Positions 18,148-28,720 are shown, counted from the stretch's first letter. The stretch is DNA of 64,000 nucleotides from Ignavibacteriota bacterium (GCA_016218065.1 JACRFA010000109.1:9624-73623); one strand, 5' to 3'. Numbers and translations: made by a program. Notes: generated by a model not told the origin, from the letters alone.

Positions 18148-21100
18148 ATGTTCTTTGTTCGAATGTTTCTCACGCTCGCAGTGTGCCTGCCTGTACTGAG
18201 TTACGCTCAGAAACAGAAATCAGACGAAGGAAAAGAGAAGGACCCGATGTCTTCAGCGACGTTCGAGGGATTGAAATTCCGCGCGCTGGGGCCTGCTCTG
18301 ACATCGGGGCGCATCAGCGATCTCGCCGTCAATCCAAACAACACAAGTGAATGGTACATCGCCGTCGCTTCGGGCGGTGTGTGGAAGACGACGAATGCCG
18401 GCACAACGTTCGAGCCGATCTTCGACGGCGAAGGTTCGTACTCCATCGGTTGCGTCACGATCGATCCGAACAATCCGTTTGTCGTGTGGGTCGGGTCGGG
18501 AGAGAACAACAGTCAGCGCAGTGTCGCGTACGGCGACGGTGTGTATCGTTCGGAAGATGGAGGAAAGAGCTGGAAGAACATGGGGCTGAAGAAGTCCGAG
18601 CACATTGCGAAGATCATCGTCGATCCGCGTGACTCGCGGGTCGTGTACGTTGCAGCGCAAGGTCCGCTGTGGGGGCCTGGCGGAGATCGCGGCGTGTTCA
18701 AGACGACTGATGGCGGCGCGACATGGGATTCCGTTCTCTACATCAGCAAACATACCGGCGTAACGGATATGGTGATGGACCCGCGCAACCCGGATGTGTT
18801 GTACGCGGCGTCGTATCAGCGCAGGCGTCATGTCTTCACGCTCATCGACGGCGGACCGGAATCGGCGATCTACAAATCCGTTGACGCCGGGAAGACATGG
18901 AACAAGCTGGCAAACGGCTTGCCGACCGGAGATGTGGGGCGCATCGGACTGGCAATCTCGCCTGTGAATCCTGACGTGTTGTTTGCATTGATTGAATTAC
19001 CTAATCGGAAAGGCGGCTTTTATCGTTCGATAAATCGCGGCGCGTCGTGGGAGAAACGAAGCGACTACGCCAACGGCAGCGCGCAATACTACAGCGAGAT
19101 CTTCTGCGATCCGAAAGATGTTGAACGTGCGTACTCGATGGATGTGTATCTCAAAGTGACGAACGACGGCGGCAAGACGTTCGAGAACCTCGGCGAAAAA
19201 AACAAACACGTCGATAACCACGCCATCTGGATCGATCCCGACAACACCAACCACTATCTCGTCGGGTGTGACGGCGGATTGTATGAGAGCTTCGACCGCG
19301 CTGCGACGTGGAACTACAAACCGAATCTTCCCGTCATACAATTCTATCGCGTCACCATCGACAATTCGCAGCCGTTCTATTACGTGTACGGCGGCACGCA
19401 GGATAACTTCTCGATGGGCGGTCCGTCGCAAACGGTCAGCGCATCGGGCATTTCCAATTCCGATTGGTTCGTCACGACAAGCGGCGATGGCTTCTTCAGC
19501 GCCGTCGATCCCGACAATCCGAACATCGTGTACTCGGAGTCGCAATATGGTGTGTTGGTGAGATACGATCGCAAGACCGGCGAGCAAATCGGCATTCAAC
19601 CGAAAGAAGGAAAAGGCGAGCCGGCGCTTCGCTGGAACTGGGATTCACCGCTCATCATCAGTCCGCACAAAAGCTCGCGACTCTACTTCGCGGCGAACAT
19701 CCTATTCCGCAGCGAAGACCGCGGAGATTCGTGGACTCCGATCAGCGGCGACCTGACGCGCCAAATCGATCGCAACAAGCTGCAGGTGATGGACAAGATC
19801 TGGAGCATTGACGCTGTCGCGAAAAACGCTTCGACATCTCTCTACGGAAATATCGTCTCGCTCTCCGAATCGCCGAAGAAGGAGGGCGTGCTCTATGTCG
19901 GAACGGATGACGGCTTGATTCAGATGACGGAGAATGGCGGAGGGGCGTGGCGCAAGATCGAGAAGTTCCCCGGCGTTCCCGAAATGACGTACGTTAGTTG
20001 CATCACGGCATCACAGCACGATGCAAGCACAGTCTACGCGGCATTCGACAATCACAAGAACGCTGACTTCAATCCCTACATACTCAAGAGTGTTGATGGT
20101 GGAAAGAGTTGGTCATCCATCAAAGGCAATCTGCCGGCGAACGGCGTCGTCTATTCCATTGCAGAAGATCATGTGAATCCGAAGCTGCTGTTCGCGGGAA
20201 CAGAGTTCGGAGTGTTCTTTACGATCGATGGCGGAAGCAAATGGATTCAACTCAAAGGCGGCTTGCCCGTTATCGCGGTGAAGGACATGGCGATTCACAA
20301 GAGCGAGAATGATCTCGTGCTGGCAACGTTCGGTCGCGGATTCTACATACTTGATGACTACTCGCCGCTTCGCACGCTTTCGGCGAGCGATTTGGAGAAG
20401 GAGGCAGTTCTCTTCCCGACGCCTGAGGCGTTGATGTACATTCAGTCGCGGCCGCTGGGTCTGCGTGGCAACGGCTTCATGGGCGAGTCTTATTACGCTG
20501 CAAGCAATCCTGCGTTCGGCGCGACCATCACGTATTATCTGAAAGACTCCTACAAGACGAAGAAGAAGATGCGTCAGGAAGAAGAGAAGGAGATTATCAA
20601 GAAGGGCGACGCACCGAAAATTCCGTCGTGGGATGAGTTGCGCGCCGAAGACACGGAGGAGGAGCCTGGCCTCGTCATCACGATTGCCGATGCGTCGGGA
20701 AACGTTGTGCGGCGATTGAACGCAAGCAACACCAAAGGCGTGAATCGCGTGACATGGGATTTGCGTTACGCTGCGACAACGCCTACCACAACTGCTCCAC
20801 CTTCGGACGATGCATTTGATGAAGGTGAAATGGGAAGGCTCGCGATGCCCGGGAAGTACACGGTGAGCCTAGCGAAGCGCGTCGGCCGCGTCGTTACGCC
20901 GCTCGGCGAACCGCAGACATTCACCGCGACAGTGCTTGGCGCCGCATCGTTGCCGCAGCCCGAACGACGCGTGTTGGCGGAGTTCCAGTCGAGGGCCGCC
21001 GATTTGCACCGTGCGGTCACGGGCGCGACACGAGTAGCGTCGGATATCAAAAGCCACATTGGCTTGCTGAAGAAATCGATTCAGGACACGCCGGGCGCTT

Positions 21101-21438
21101 CGACGAAATTGCGTGACGACCTGAATGCGATCGAGGAGAAGAACAGGAAGATCCTGGTTGCGCTGAACGGCGACAACACGCTGCGTTCGCGGAACGAAGG
21201 CACGCCGCCATCGATCAACGAACGTCTCGAAACGATCATCTATGATCAATGGCTATCGACCTCAACGCCGACGCAAACGCACATCGCGAATTACGAGATC
21301 GCAGGGGACGAGTTCACGCCTGTGCTGGCGCAACTGAAATCGCTCGTCGAGACTGACCTGAAGAATCTTGAAGCAGCGATGGAAGCCGCCGGCGCGCCAT
21401 GGACGCCGGGCAGAGTGCCAGTGTGGGAAAGAAAATAA
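18148..21438 (+). CDS. sortilin/VPS10-like BNR-repeat protein (often annotated 'glycosyl hydrolase, BNR repeat')
   Basis: Signal peptide MFFVRMFLTLAVCLPVLSYAQ. 'GGVWKTTNAGTTF', 'WVGSGENNSQRSVAYGDGVYRSEDGGKSWKNMGL', with repeated Asp-box motifs over 1096 aa. Confidence 0.8.
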   Translation: MFFVRMFLTLAVCLPVLSYAQKQKSDEGKEKDPMSSATFEGLKFRALGPALTSGRISDLAVNPNNTSEWYIAVASGGVWKTTNAGTTFEPIFDGEGSYSIGCVTIDPNNPFVVWVGSGENNSQRSVAYGDGVYRSEDGGKSWKNMGLKKSEHIAKIIVDPRDSRVVYVAAQGPLWGPGGDRGVFKTTDGGATWDSVLYISKHTGVTDMVMDPRNPDVLYAASYQRRRHVFTLIDGGPESAIYKSVDAGKTWNKLANGLPTGDVGRIGLAISPVNPDVLFALIELPNRKGGFYRSINRGASWEKRSDYANGSAQYYSEIFCDPKDVERAYSMDVYLKVTNDGGKTFENLGEKNKHVDNHAIWIDPDNTNHYLVGCDGGLYESFDRAATWNYKPNLPVIQFYRVTIDNSQPFYYVYGGTQDNFSMGGPSQTVSASGISNSDWFVTTSGDGFFSAVDPDNPNIVYSESQYGVLVRYDRKTGEQIGIQPKEGKGEPALRWNWDSPLIISPHKSSRLYFAANILFRSEDRGDSWTPISGDLTRQIDRNKLQVMDKIWSIDAVAKNASTSLYGNIVSLSESPKKEGVLYVGTDDGLIQMTENGGGAWRKIEKFPGVPEMTYVSCITASQHDASTVYAAFDNHKNADFNPYILKSVDGGKSWSSIKGNLPANGVVYSIAEDHVNPKLLFAGTEFGVFFTIDGGSKWIQLKGGLPVIAVKDMAIHKSENDLVLATFGRGFYILDDYSPLRTLSASDLEKEAVLFPTPEALMYIQSRPLGLRGNGFMGESYYAASNPAFGATITYYLKDSYKTKKKMRQEEEKEIIKKGDAPKIPSWDELRAEDTEEEPGLVITIADASGNVVRRLNASNTKGVNRVTWDLRYAATTPTTTAPPSDDAFDEGEMGRLAMPGKYTVSLAKRVGRVVTPLGEPQTFTATVLGAASLPQPERRVLAEFQSRAADLHRAVTGATRVASDIKSHIGLLKKSIQDTPGASTKLRDDLNAIEEKNRKILVALNGDNTLRSRNEGTPPSINERLETIIYDQWLSTSTPTQTHIANYEIAGDEFTPVLAQLKSLVETDLKNLEAAMEAAGAPWTPGRVPVWERK

Positions 21439-21462
21439 TGGTCAATGGTGAACGTTCATGTT

Positions 21463-21708
21463 TCAATTGACAATTATTGACAATTGGCGACTTGCGGGCA
21501 GTGAGATTGCCAGTTGGTCTGCAAGTAATGCTACATCATGACTCCAAGGGTTTCTCATACCACGCCTCCAGAACTCTCCCTTTAGGAGTTTCTCAACTAG
21601 TTGTTGGGCGTGAACGCACTGTCCGCGATTGATTCCAGCTTCCTTAAGAACATCGAGCGTGCGGAATTCGTCGTCAATGAAACTCAACCATGGATTTGTC
21701 CCGCTCAT
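21463..21708 (-). pseudogene. HEPN-domain protein, C-terminally truncated (cassette 1)
   Basis: ATG at 21708 (MSGTNPWLSF). It aligns with the first ~75 aa of the 129-aa HEPN at 22273..22662, then stops. The 'YIETRYP...' region is absent. Confidence 0.5.
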
Positions 21709-22003
21709 AGATAGTCTTGCCGGTTTCAAGAATCTGAAGAATGAGTTCTACCCCGGCGGCTTGAAGCACGTGAAGTTCGGCCGGGGTGAGAATGATGAGG
21801 TCAAGAGGCACAGTTCGCCTCGCGTTCTTTAATGCTTCTCCACGACGAAGGAGGCGTGGCGTTTCCGTCTCTTTGATGATGAGAAAGTCAAAGTCACTAT
21901 GTTCGTCTGACGTCCCATCAGCATGTGAACCGAACAGGATTACCTTCTCCGGTTCGTAGTTGGCGATGAGTTGCTGAATCTCTATCGGCAAGTTGTTGTT
22001 CAT
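21674..22003 (-). CDS. MNT-type nucleotidyltransferase (cassette 1)
   Basis: ATG at 22003 with GGGAGG upstream. 'VILFGSHADGTSDEHSDFDFLII' (GS..D.D NTase motif). Overlaps the HEPN start. Confidence 0.8.
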   Translation of the reverse strand: MNNNLPIEIQQLIANYEPEKVILFGSHADGTSDEHSDFDFLIIKETETPRLLRRGEALKNARRTVPLDLIILTPAELHVLQAAGVELILQILETGKTIYERDKSMVEFH

Positions 22004-22047
22004 GCTCGATCCTCCCACTGCAATTGTATGAATCCAGATAACGAGAA

Positions 22048-22257
22048 TCAATCCTCCGCTTCAACCAGCATCACCTCGCCATCAACATTGGAGACGACTA
22101 CGCGTCGGCTGTCGATCGGGGCAACGGTGTTGAGCAGCGCGACGCCGGTTTTGTACATCCATTTCACGTCGCCGTTGAGTGCGTTGAGCGCGATGAGCAG
22201 GCCGCTGCGCGTACCGTAGAAGTGTGTTCCGCCCTTCTCAACCGGTTCGAGAGTCAT
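22048..22257 (-). pseudogene. duplicated 3' fragment of the metallophosphoesterase-PQQ gene
   Basis: '...FYGTRSGLLIALNALNGDVKWMYKTGVALLNTVAPIDSRRVVVSNVDGEVMLVEAED' repeats the C-terminus of 23002..24948. At DNA level 22043..22221 differs from 22997..23175 at 6 positions in 179 nt (hand alignment). Confidence 0.85.
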
Positions 22258-22272
22258 CGCGATTCACATCGA

Positions 22273-22662
22273 TCATTCCTTATGCTCAGCGAATCTGGCG
22301 AGGACGGTGCCATAGATAGTTCGTGCAATGCGGATGGCACGGTTAGCATCGTCTCTGCCGGGTTCGCCATGGGGAAGTAGTCCGACCTCGCTTGGATATC
22401 GTGTTTCTATGTACACAGAGGAGAGAAATTGTAGGTCGGCTGGCTCCACAGAGGCAGGCATGTTGGCCTTCTGGTATAGAGCGACAAGATCGTGGATGCG
22501 TGGAACGCTGATTCCCTGCTCGAAGATGGCTGCCTTCAAGATCTTCTCAGCAAGTTGATGGGCATGGAAACAGAGTGGTCGGTACAAGTCGGAGTGTTCA
22601 ATCAGCAGAAGAGCCTCAAAATCGTCACGCGCGAATCTCGGCCATTCGTTAGTTCCTTTCAT
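22273..22662 (-). CDS. HEPN-domain protein (cassette 2, full length)
   Basis: 129 aa. 'FHAHQLAEKILKA', 'IHDLVALY', 'YIETRYPSE'. Overlaps the MNT stop by 14 nt. Confidence 0.8.
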   Translation of the reverse strand: MKGTNEWPRFARDDFEALLLIEHSDLYRPLCFHAHQLAEKILKAAIFEQGISVPRIHDLVALYQKANMPASVEPADLQFLSSVYIETRYPSEVGLLPHGEPGRDDANRAIRIARTIYGTVLARFAEHKE

Positions 22663-22957
22663 AGATCAACGTGCCGTATTCGAAGATTTCCTCGATGAAT
22701 TGAGATTTGATGTCGCGAAGAAACTGAACTTCGGAGGGTGTCAATATCAACAGATCAAGAGCAACACTCTGACGGATGTTCCTCATCGCTTCCTCTCTTC
22801 GGTTGAGTCGACGTGTTGCCGTTTCTTTGATGATGAGAAAATCGTAGTCGCTGTCGCCTCGTGCTGTCCCTGTCGCGTGCGAGCCGAAGAGGATCACTCT
22901 CTCCGGTCGATAGTGGGCGATCAACTGCTGAATCTCAAGGGGCACATTCTTGTCCAT
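22649..22957 (-). CDS. MNT-type nucleotidyltransferase (cassette 2)
   Basis: ORF 22649..23005 opens at a TTG; the ATG is at 22957 (MDKNVPLEIQQLIAHY). 'VILFGSHATGTARGDSDYDFLII'. Confidence 0.8.
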   Translation of the reverse strand: MDKNVPLEIQQLIAHYRPERVILFGSHATGTARGDSDYDFLIIKETATRRLNRREEAMRNIRQSVALDLLILTPSEVQFLRDIKSQFIEEIFEYGTLIYERN

Positions 22958-23001
22958 ACGACATTCTCCTGAAGCAATAATATGAATCTCTTCAAAGAGA
23001 A

Positions 23002-24948
23002 TCAATCCTCCGCCTCAACCAGCATCACCTCGCCATCAACATTGGAGACGACTACGCGTCGGCTGTCGATCGGGGCAACGGTGTTGAGCAGCGCGACGCC
23101 GGTTTTGTACATCCATTTCACGTCGCCGTTGAGCGCGTTGAGGGCGATGAGCAGGCCGTTACGCGTGCCGTAGAACAGCGTCCCATCTTTCTCCACGAGA
23201 GCGGCATAGTTGTGATCGTAGCCGAAGCCCACGTTTGTACACCAGCGGACGTCGGGTTCTTGTGTGTACGATGAAACCGCCAGGATCGAATCGCGAAGCG
23301 TGCGAATGTAGAACTTGTAATCCTGCTCGGACTTGCCGATCGATTCTCGCACCTGAAACTCGCCCGTTCGCCAAATCGTCCGTCCGGTCTTCACATCGAT
23401 CGCCGTCAGCATTCTATCGGGTGCGACGATGAAGACTGCGCCCCTCGCGCCGACGGGAGTACATACTGCTGGCGAGAGAAGCACGCCTTCATTCTCCCCT
23501 TTCCATTTCCACTGAAGTACTCCGGTCGTTTCAGCCAACGCATATAGACAGCCGTCCCATGCGCCGAAGATAACCTTGTTGTCAAACCGCAACGGCTTCG
23601 TCTCAACAAATCCTTCCAACCCCGTGAAACTCCACGCAACAGTGCCGGTAGAGGAATTTATTGCCCGAAAGATACGATCGCTGCCGCCGACAAATATCAA
23701 TGGCGATTGGCGCAATGGCGCCGGCCGCTTGTCTGGCTCAAGCAAATCCAACGGAGACAGGTCGCGACTGACTTGCACTGATGGACTGGAAACAATGGCC
23801 GCCCCTGTTTTCACATGCCAGAGTTCCCGGCCGTCCTTTGCGTCCAGAGAATAAAAGTTACTGTCGGTTGAGCCGAAGGTGACGCTGCCATTTGCCATGC
23901 CCGGCGAAGAGTAAATTGCTCCGCCAGCAGTGAACGACCACTGGAGTTCGCCATCTGTCAGACTGATCGAACGAAATTTTCCCGAGGCATCGCCGAAATA
24001 AACCGACGTGTCTTTGATCGCCGGCGTTGACGCGACAGTGTAGTCGGCGCTGAACTTCCACACAACCTTGACATCTGCGTAGTGTTTGTTCACCGAAAAA
24101 TCCGGCCGCGCGTAGTGCGTGGTATCCACAGCGTAATTCTTCGCGCCCAGAACAACAGAGTGCCACGCAGTTCCAGTGTGGCCGCCGGGCGTTCGTTCAG
24201 AAACAAACAGTGTGTCGTTCCGGATTTCCGCAATCGTATAGCCGCCTACGGAGTCCTGCGCCCGGAGATTCGAGCGCGCCATAATGCCGGGAATGCCCTC
24301 GAAGTTGTTGGCTCTGTTCCGGTGTCCGTGTCCGTGAAGAATGACCTGCGCGTTGTGCTTCTTGATCTTCTCAAGCATCACATACCAATTGCTGATGCTG
24401 GAGTCGACGGGATAATGCGTCACGAAAAAGAGCGGCTGGTAGTTGCGCACTCCGGCGAGCACGCTGTCGAGCCAACGCATGTCTTCCGGCGCCCAATGGC
24501 CGTCTCCCATGCGCATGCGCGGGCCTTGATGAAGTCCGATGAAGCGGATCTTTCCAAACTCGAAAACAAATTTGTCATTGCCAAAAAGTTTTGGGAATGT
24601 CGTGCAGCCCGACTCCGACCATTTCGTATCGTGATTGCCGGGAATCGCGTAGTAAGGTTTGGTCAATCCATCGAGCAATTGTTTTGCGTCGCGAAGTTGC
24701 GCATCGCTGCCGAACTCAGTCACGTCGCCCGAAACAACCACAAACGAAATGTCCGCCAGGGAATTGATGTCGGCGACCGATCGTCGCAAGTCGTCGGCGC
24801 CGGTCGCGCTGCCAACGTGCGTATCCGAAAGCCACGCGAACCGGAAGTTTGATGATTGAGCAAAAGCTGAGATCGAGATCAGGAGAACGCAGAGCGTAGG
24901 GATTGCGCGATGAGGGACGGCAGGAGTGTTGAGTTTGTGCATTGCCAT
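23002..24948 (-). CDS. secreted calcineurin-like metallophosphoesterase fused to PQQ-like beta-propeller
   Basis: ORF 23002..25056; probable start 24948 (MAMHKLN..signal..AFAQS). 'AWLSDTHVG', 'VVSGDVTEFG', 'GNHD', 'LHGHGH'. The C-terminal half has repeated 'G.V.W.F..GG.I.SSP' PQQ-type blades. Confidence 0.85.
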   Translation of the reverse strand: MAMHKLNTPAVPHRAIPTLCVLLISISAFAQSSNFRFAWLSDTHVGSATGADDLRRSVADINSLADISFVVVSGDVTEFGSDAQLRDAKQLLDGLTKPYYAIPGNHDTKWSESGCTTFPKLFGNDKFVFEFGKIRFIGLHQGPRMRMGDGHWAPEDMRWLDSVLAGVRNYQPLFFVTHYPVDSSISNWYVMLEKIKKHNAQVILHGHGHRNRANNFEGIPGIMARSNLRAQDSVGGYTIAEIRNDTLFVSERTPGGHTGTAWHSVVLGAKNYAVDTTHYARPDFSVNKHYADVKVVWKFSADYTVASTPAIKDTSVYFGDASGKFRSISLTDGELQWSFTAGGAIYSSPGMANGSVTFGSTDSNFYSLDAKDGRELWHVKTGAAIVSSPSVQVSRDLSPLDLLEPDKRPAPLRQSPLIFVGGSDRIFRAINSSTGTVAWSFTGLEGFVETKPLRFDNKVIFGAWDGCLYALAETTGVLQWKWKGENEGVLLSPAVCTPVGARGAVFIVAPDRMLTAIDVKTGRTIWRTGEFQVRESIGKSEQDYKFYIRTLRDSILAVSSYTQEPDVRWCTNVGFGYDHNYAALVEKDGTLFYGTRNGLLIALNALNGDVKWMYKTGVALLNTVAPIDSRRVVVSNVDGEVMLVEAED

Positions 24949-25108
24949 TTGCGAAGTAAAAGTTGAACTGACCCATGATAGGAATATCTCCGAAGATATG
25001 AAACCAGAATGCTCTCCAACGAATTGTATCTCTCCGCAAAAACTCCTATGTTGCAAACAGTTTTTTGATCCCGTCCACCACCGTTCTCTTTATTTGGCGA
25101 GGGTTCCC

Positions 25109-27172
25109 ATGGCGCGGCATTCATACATGTTCTTACTGTTGGTATCGCTCACGACAATGTCACTGGCACAAGACGTAGAAATGTTTTCCCGGATCGAGAA
25201 AGATCTTGTTGCGAAGTACGGAGAAAGCGAACGCTTCCGCTTGCTCCGCGGTATGAGACAAGTGTACAGTTTGTGGCAGAAGGATGTTGACGGCGGCGAT
25301 GCGATGTTTGAGGCGTTCATCCGCAAGAACTTTGCGGGCACTCAGGCAGAGCTTGATACGATGTTCAATCGGTTCGAGTACTTGTCGGAGCAGCTCGACG
25401 GGCACATGCTGGAGATTACGCGCGAGTTCCGTCAGCAATCCGATCTCGATTTCGGCCCCATTCAGCCGTACGATGAAGTGCTTGCCGGCTACGATCCGAG
25501 CGCGCACACCATCGACGATATGTTCGCGAACAAACTTGCGTTTGTTGTGTTGCTGAACTTCCCGCTCACAACTCTGGAGCAGCGTCTCTCGGAAGGCGAT
25601 AAGTGGAGCCGAAGGCAATGGGCAGAGGCAAGGCTGGCGCAGCGATTCTCGAAACGCATTCCGGCTGCGGTGAATCTTGCGATCGCTGAGGCAGGCGGCA
25701 AGTCTGATCAGTACATTGCCGAGTACAACATCTACATGCACCATGTGCTGGACGAAAAGGGAGAGCGTCCGTTCCCGCCGAAACTCCGCCTGCTGTCCCA
25801 CTGGAATCTTCGCGACGAGATCAAAGCAAACTACGGCCAACGAAAGGTCGGCTTGCAGAAGCAGCGGATTATCCAGAAGGTGATGGATCGGATCGTCACG
25901 CAGACAATTCCCACGGTCGTCATCAACAATCCGCATGTCGATTGGAATCCCTTCACGAACGCCGTAACGCCTGCTGCTGTTCGCGATGTTGACTCGCCGC
26001 CGCCCGCGATGAACATCTCCGATGCGCCCGAGCCCGACACGCGCTACGCAGTTTTGCTTCAGACGTTTCTCGCTTCACGGAAAGCCGATCCTTACTCGCC
26101 CTCGGCGCCGACGCACATCGCTCGGCGGTTTGATGAGAACAGAGAAATTCCGGAAGAGCGCGTGAAGAAGATGTGTGAGGATATACTCACGTCGCCGCTG
26201 GTGAAAGATGTTGCGGCAATGATTGAAGCGCGCCTGGGCCGCCATCTTGAACCGTTCGATATCTGGTACAGTGGTTTTGTTTCGCGCGGCAAGTATTCCG
26301 AGGCTGACCTCGATAAAATTGTAGCGAAGAAGTATCCGACAGCAGGCGCGTACAAAAAGGACATTCCAAATTTGCTGAAGAAGCTTGGCTTCTCGAACGA
26401 TCGTCCGAAGTTTCTGGCGAACAATATCGTCGTCGATCCGGCCCGCGGATCGGGACACGCATGGGGCGCGCAGATGCGATCGGCGCCGACCCACTTGCGC
26501 ACACGCGTCGAGAAGTCCGGCATGAACTACAAAGGCTTCAACATCGCCATTCACGAAATGGGTCACAATGTTGAGCAGACGTTTTCGCTGAACAACGTCG
26601 ATCATTGGCTGCTGAACGGTGTGCCGAACACGGCGTTCACCGAGGCGCTCGCATTCGTGTTCCAGGCAAAGGCGCTTGACCTGCTCGGCCTGGCGAGCCA
26701 GGACAAACAAAGCGACGCGCTGAAGACTGTGAATGATTTCTGGGCGACGTACGAGATTGCCGGCGTCGCGTTGGTGGACATGGAGGTCTGGCACTGGATG
26801 TACGACCATCCCGACACGACACCGGCGCAATTGAAAGAGGCAACGCTTGCGATTGCGAAACGAGTTTGGAATTCTTACTACGCTCCGGTCTTCTACGAGA
26901 AGGACGTCACGTTGCTCGGCATCTACTCGCACATGATTCATTCGTTCCTGTACCTGCCCGATTATCCGCTCGGTCATCTGATCGCGCATCAGATCGAAGA
27001 GCAGATCAAGCGAAACGGCAAACAGGGAAATCTTGGCAGGGAGTTCGAGCGCATGGCAACCTTCGGCCGCGTCACGCCCGATCTCTGGATGAAACATGCC
27101 ACCGGCCAACCCGTTGGCGCTGAGGCGATGATCGAAGCAACGAAACGCGCTCTTCAAACCATGAAACCCTGA
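25109..27172 (+). CDS. secreted gluzincin zinc metallopeptidase (M2/M3-like, HEMGH...E)
   Basis: ORF 24926..27172; start 25109 (signal peptide MARHSYMFLLLVSLTTMSLAQ). 'AIHEMGHNVEQ' with 'AFTEALAF' 26 residues after the second His, a spacing similar to M2 peptidases. Confidence 0.65.
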   Translation: MARHSYMFLLLVSLTTMSLAQDVEMFSRIEKDLVAKYGESERFRLLRGMRQVYSLWQKDVDGGDAMFEAFIRKNFAGTQAELDTMFNRFEYLSEQLDGHMLEITREFRQQSDLDFGPIQPYDEVLAGYDPSAHTIDDMFANKLAFVVLLNFPLTTLEQRLSEGDKWSRRQWAEARLAQRFSKRIPAAVNLAIAEAGGKSDQYIAEYNIYMHHVLDEKGERPFPPKLRLLSHWNLRDEIKANYGQRKVGLQKQRIIQKVMDRIVTQTIPTVVINNPHVDWNPFTNAVTPAAVRDVDSPPPAMNISDAPEPDTRYAVLLQTFLASRKADPYSPSAPTHIARRFDENREIPEERVKKMCEDILTSPLVKDVAAMIEARLGRHLEPFDIWYSGFVSRGKYSEADLDKIVAKKYPTAGAYKKDIPNLLKKLGFSNDRPKFLANNIVVDPARGSGHAWGAQMRSAPTHLRTRVEKSGMNYKGFNIAIHEMGHNVEQTFSLNNVDHWLLNGVPNTAFTEALAFVFQAKALDLLGLASQDKQSDALKTVNDFWATYEIAGVALVDMEVWHWMYDHPDTTPAQLKEATLAIAKRVWNSYYAPVFYEKDVTLLGIYSHMIHSFLYLPDYPLGHLIAHQIEEQIKRNGKQGNLGREFERMATFGRVTPDLWMKHATGQPVGAEAMIEATKRALQTMKP

Positions 27173-27200
27173 GCAGTGCGAAGGGTCTTTGCGGTCGGTC
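27166..27200. repeat. REP-like element copy overlapping a stop codon
   Basis: 'ACCCTGAGCAGTGCGAAGGGTCTTTGCGGTCGGTC'. The TGA inside ACCCTGAGC (27170-27172) is the peptidase stop codon. Confidence 0.7.
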
Positions 27201-27298
27201 GTACGACTTCCATTTGGATTGAAGGGTTGATGGATTGATGGATGGCTGGATTTGTTGCAACTGGTTCATGCAGTGACTAACTTTGGAGAGGCTGAACG

Positions 27299-27770
<472 letters not shown>

Positions 27771-27935
27771 ACTCGATTATCATGAACACACTCCACCTCG
27801 GCGATTGCCTAACATCACGTTCAAAGCCGCGCAACACGCAGGGAAGAAACCCAAACATCAGATGGAGTTGATATGACTTCCTTGCTTTGCAGACGTGACC
27901 TTTTTCATTTTGCCTTTTCCCTTTTTCATTGACTC

Positions 27936-28694
27936 ATGCTTATCTCTCGTTGGGTTCTTCGTCTTATCATCGCGAACGTAGTGGTGTTTGTGCTGACGGT
28001 GTACCGTTCGCAGTTCGCGAACTTTCTTGCGTTTGTGCCGCTGGAGTTTCTGCATCGCCCCTGGACATTGGCGACCTACATGTTTGTGCACGACACGACC
28101 GGCATCAGCCACATACTCTTCAACATGCTGGCGCTGTTCTTCTTCGGACCTCGACTCGAAATGGAATTGGGCAGCAAACATTTTCTTGGACTCTACTTCA
28201 CCAGCGGACTGATAGGAGCGTTGCTGCATCTGGTCTTCAATCCGCTATCGCCGATTGTCGGCGCATCGGGCGCAGTGTATGGCGTGATGCTGGGCTACGC
28301 GATGTTCTGGCCGCGGGATCGCGTCTACATCTGGGGCGTGTTGCCTGTTGAAGTGAGAATTATGGTGCTGATTATGACCGCGCTTTCTCTCTTCGGCGGG
28401 TTCGGGGCGTTCAGCGACGGTATTGCGCACTTCGCCCACCTCGGCGGATTTCTCGGTGGCTTCTTGTACGTGAAGTTGCTTCAGAAACGATCACGCATTC
28501 AACAAGTCCAATCGAAAATTGTCGAGCCGATTGTGCACGCGGGCAACATCCAGAAGTGGCGCTCAATTCCCCGCGGAACTCTGCATGAAGTGAACCGCGA
28601 AGAGTACGACAGAATCATCGCGAAGCTCGACAGGCACGGAGTCGCCAGTCTCACCGAATCGGAGAAAGCGTTTCTCGAACGATTTAGTCACTGA
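27936..28694 (+). CDS. rhomboid-family intramembrane serine protease
   Basis: 'HILFNML', catalytic 'GASGAVYG' and 'HFAHLGGFLGG', plus a soluble C-terminal tail of about 60 aa. Confidence 0.85.
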   Translation: MLISRWVLRLIIANVVVFVLTVYRSQFANFLAFVPLEFLHRPWTLATYMFVHDTTGISHILFNMLALFFFGPRLEMELGSKHFLGLYFTSGLIGALLHLVFNPLSPIVGASGAVYGVMLGYAMFWPRDRVYIWGVLPVEVRIMVLIMTALSLFGGFGAFSDGIAHFAHLGGFLGGFLYVKLLQKRSRIQQVQSKIVEPIVHAGNIQKWRSIPRGTLHEVNREEYDRIIAKLDRHGVASLTESEKAFLERFSH

Positions 28695-28720
28695 GATGTG
28701 ATCTTTCATGAACGCATCAG

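Noticed and set aside
27782-27871. Short ORF 'MNTLHLGDCL...' resembling the N-terminus of DNA methyltransferases.
   Set aside because: Only about 10 residues match by eye, the remainder has no similarity, and the ORF stops after 29 codons. This is too weak to call a methylase remnant.
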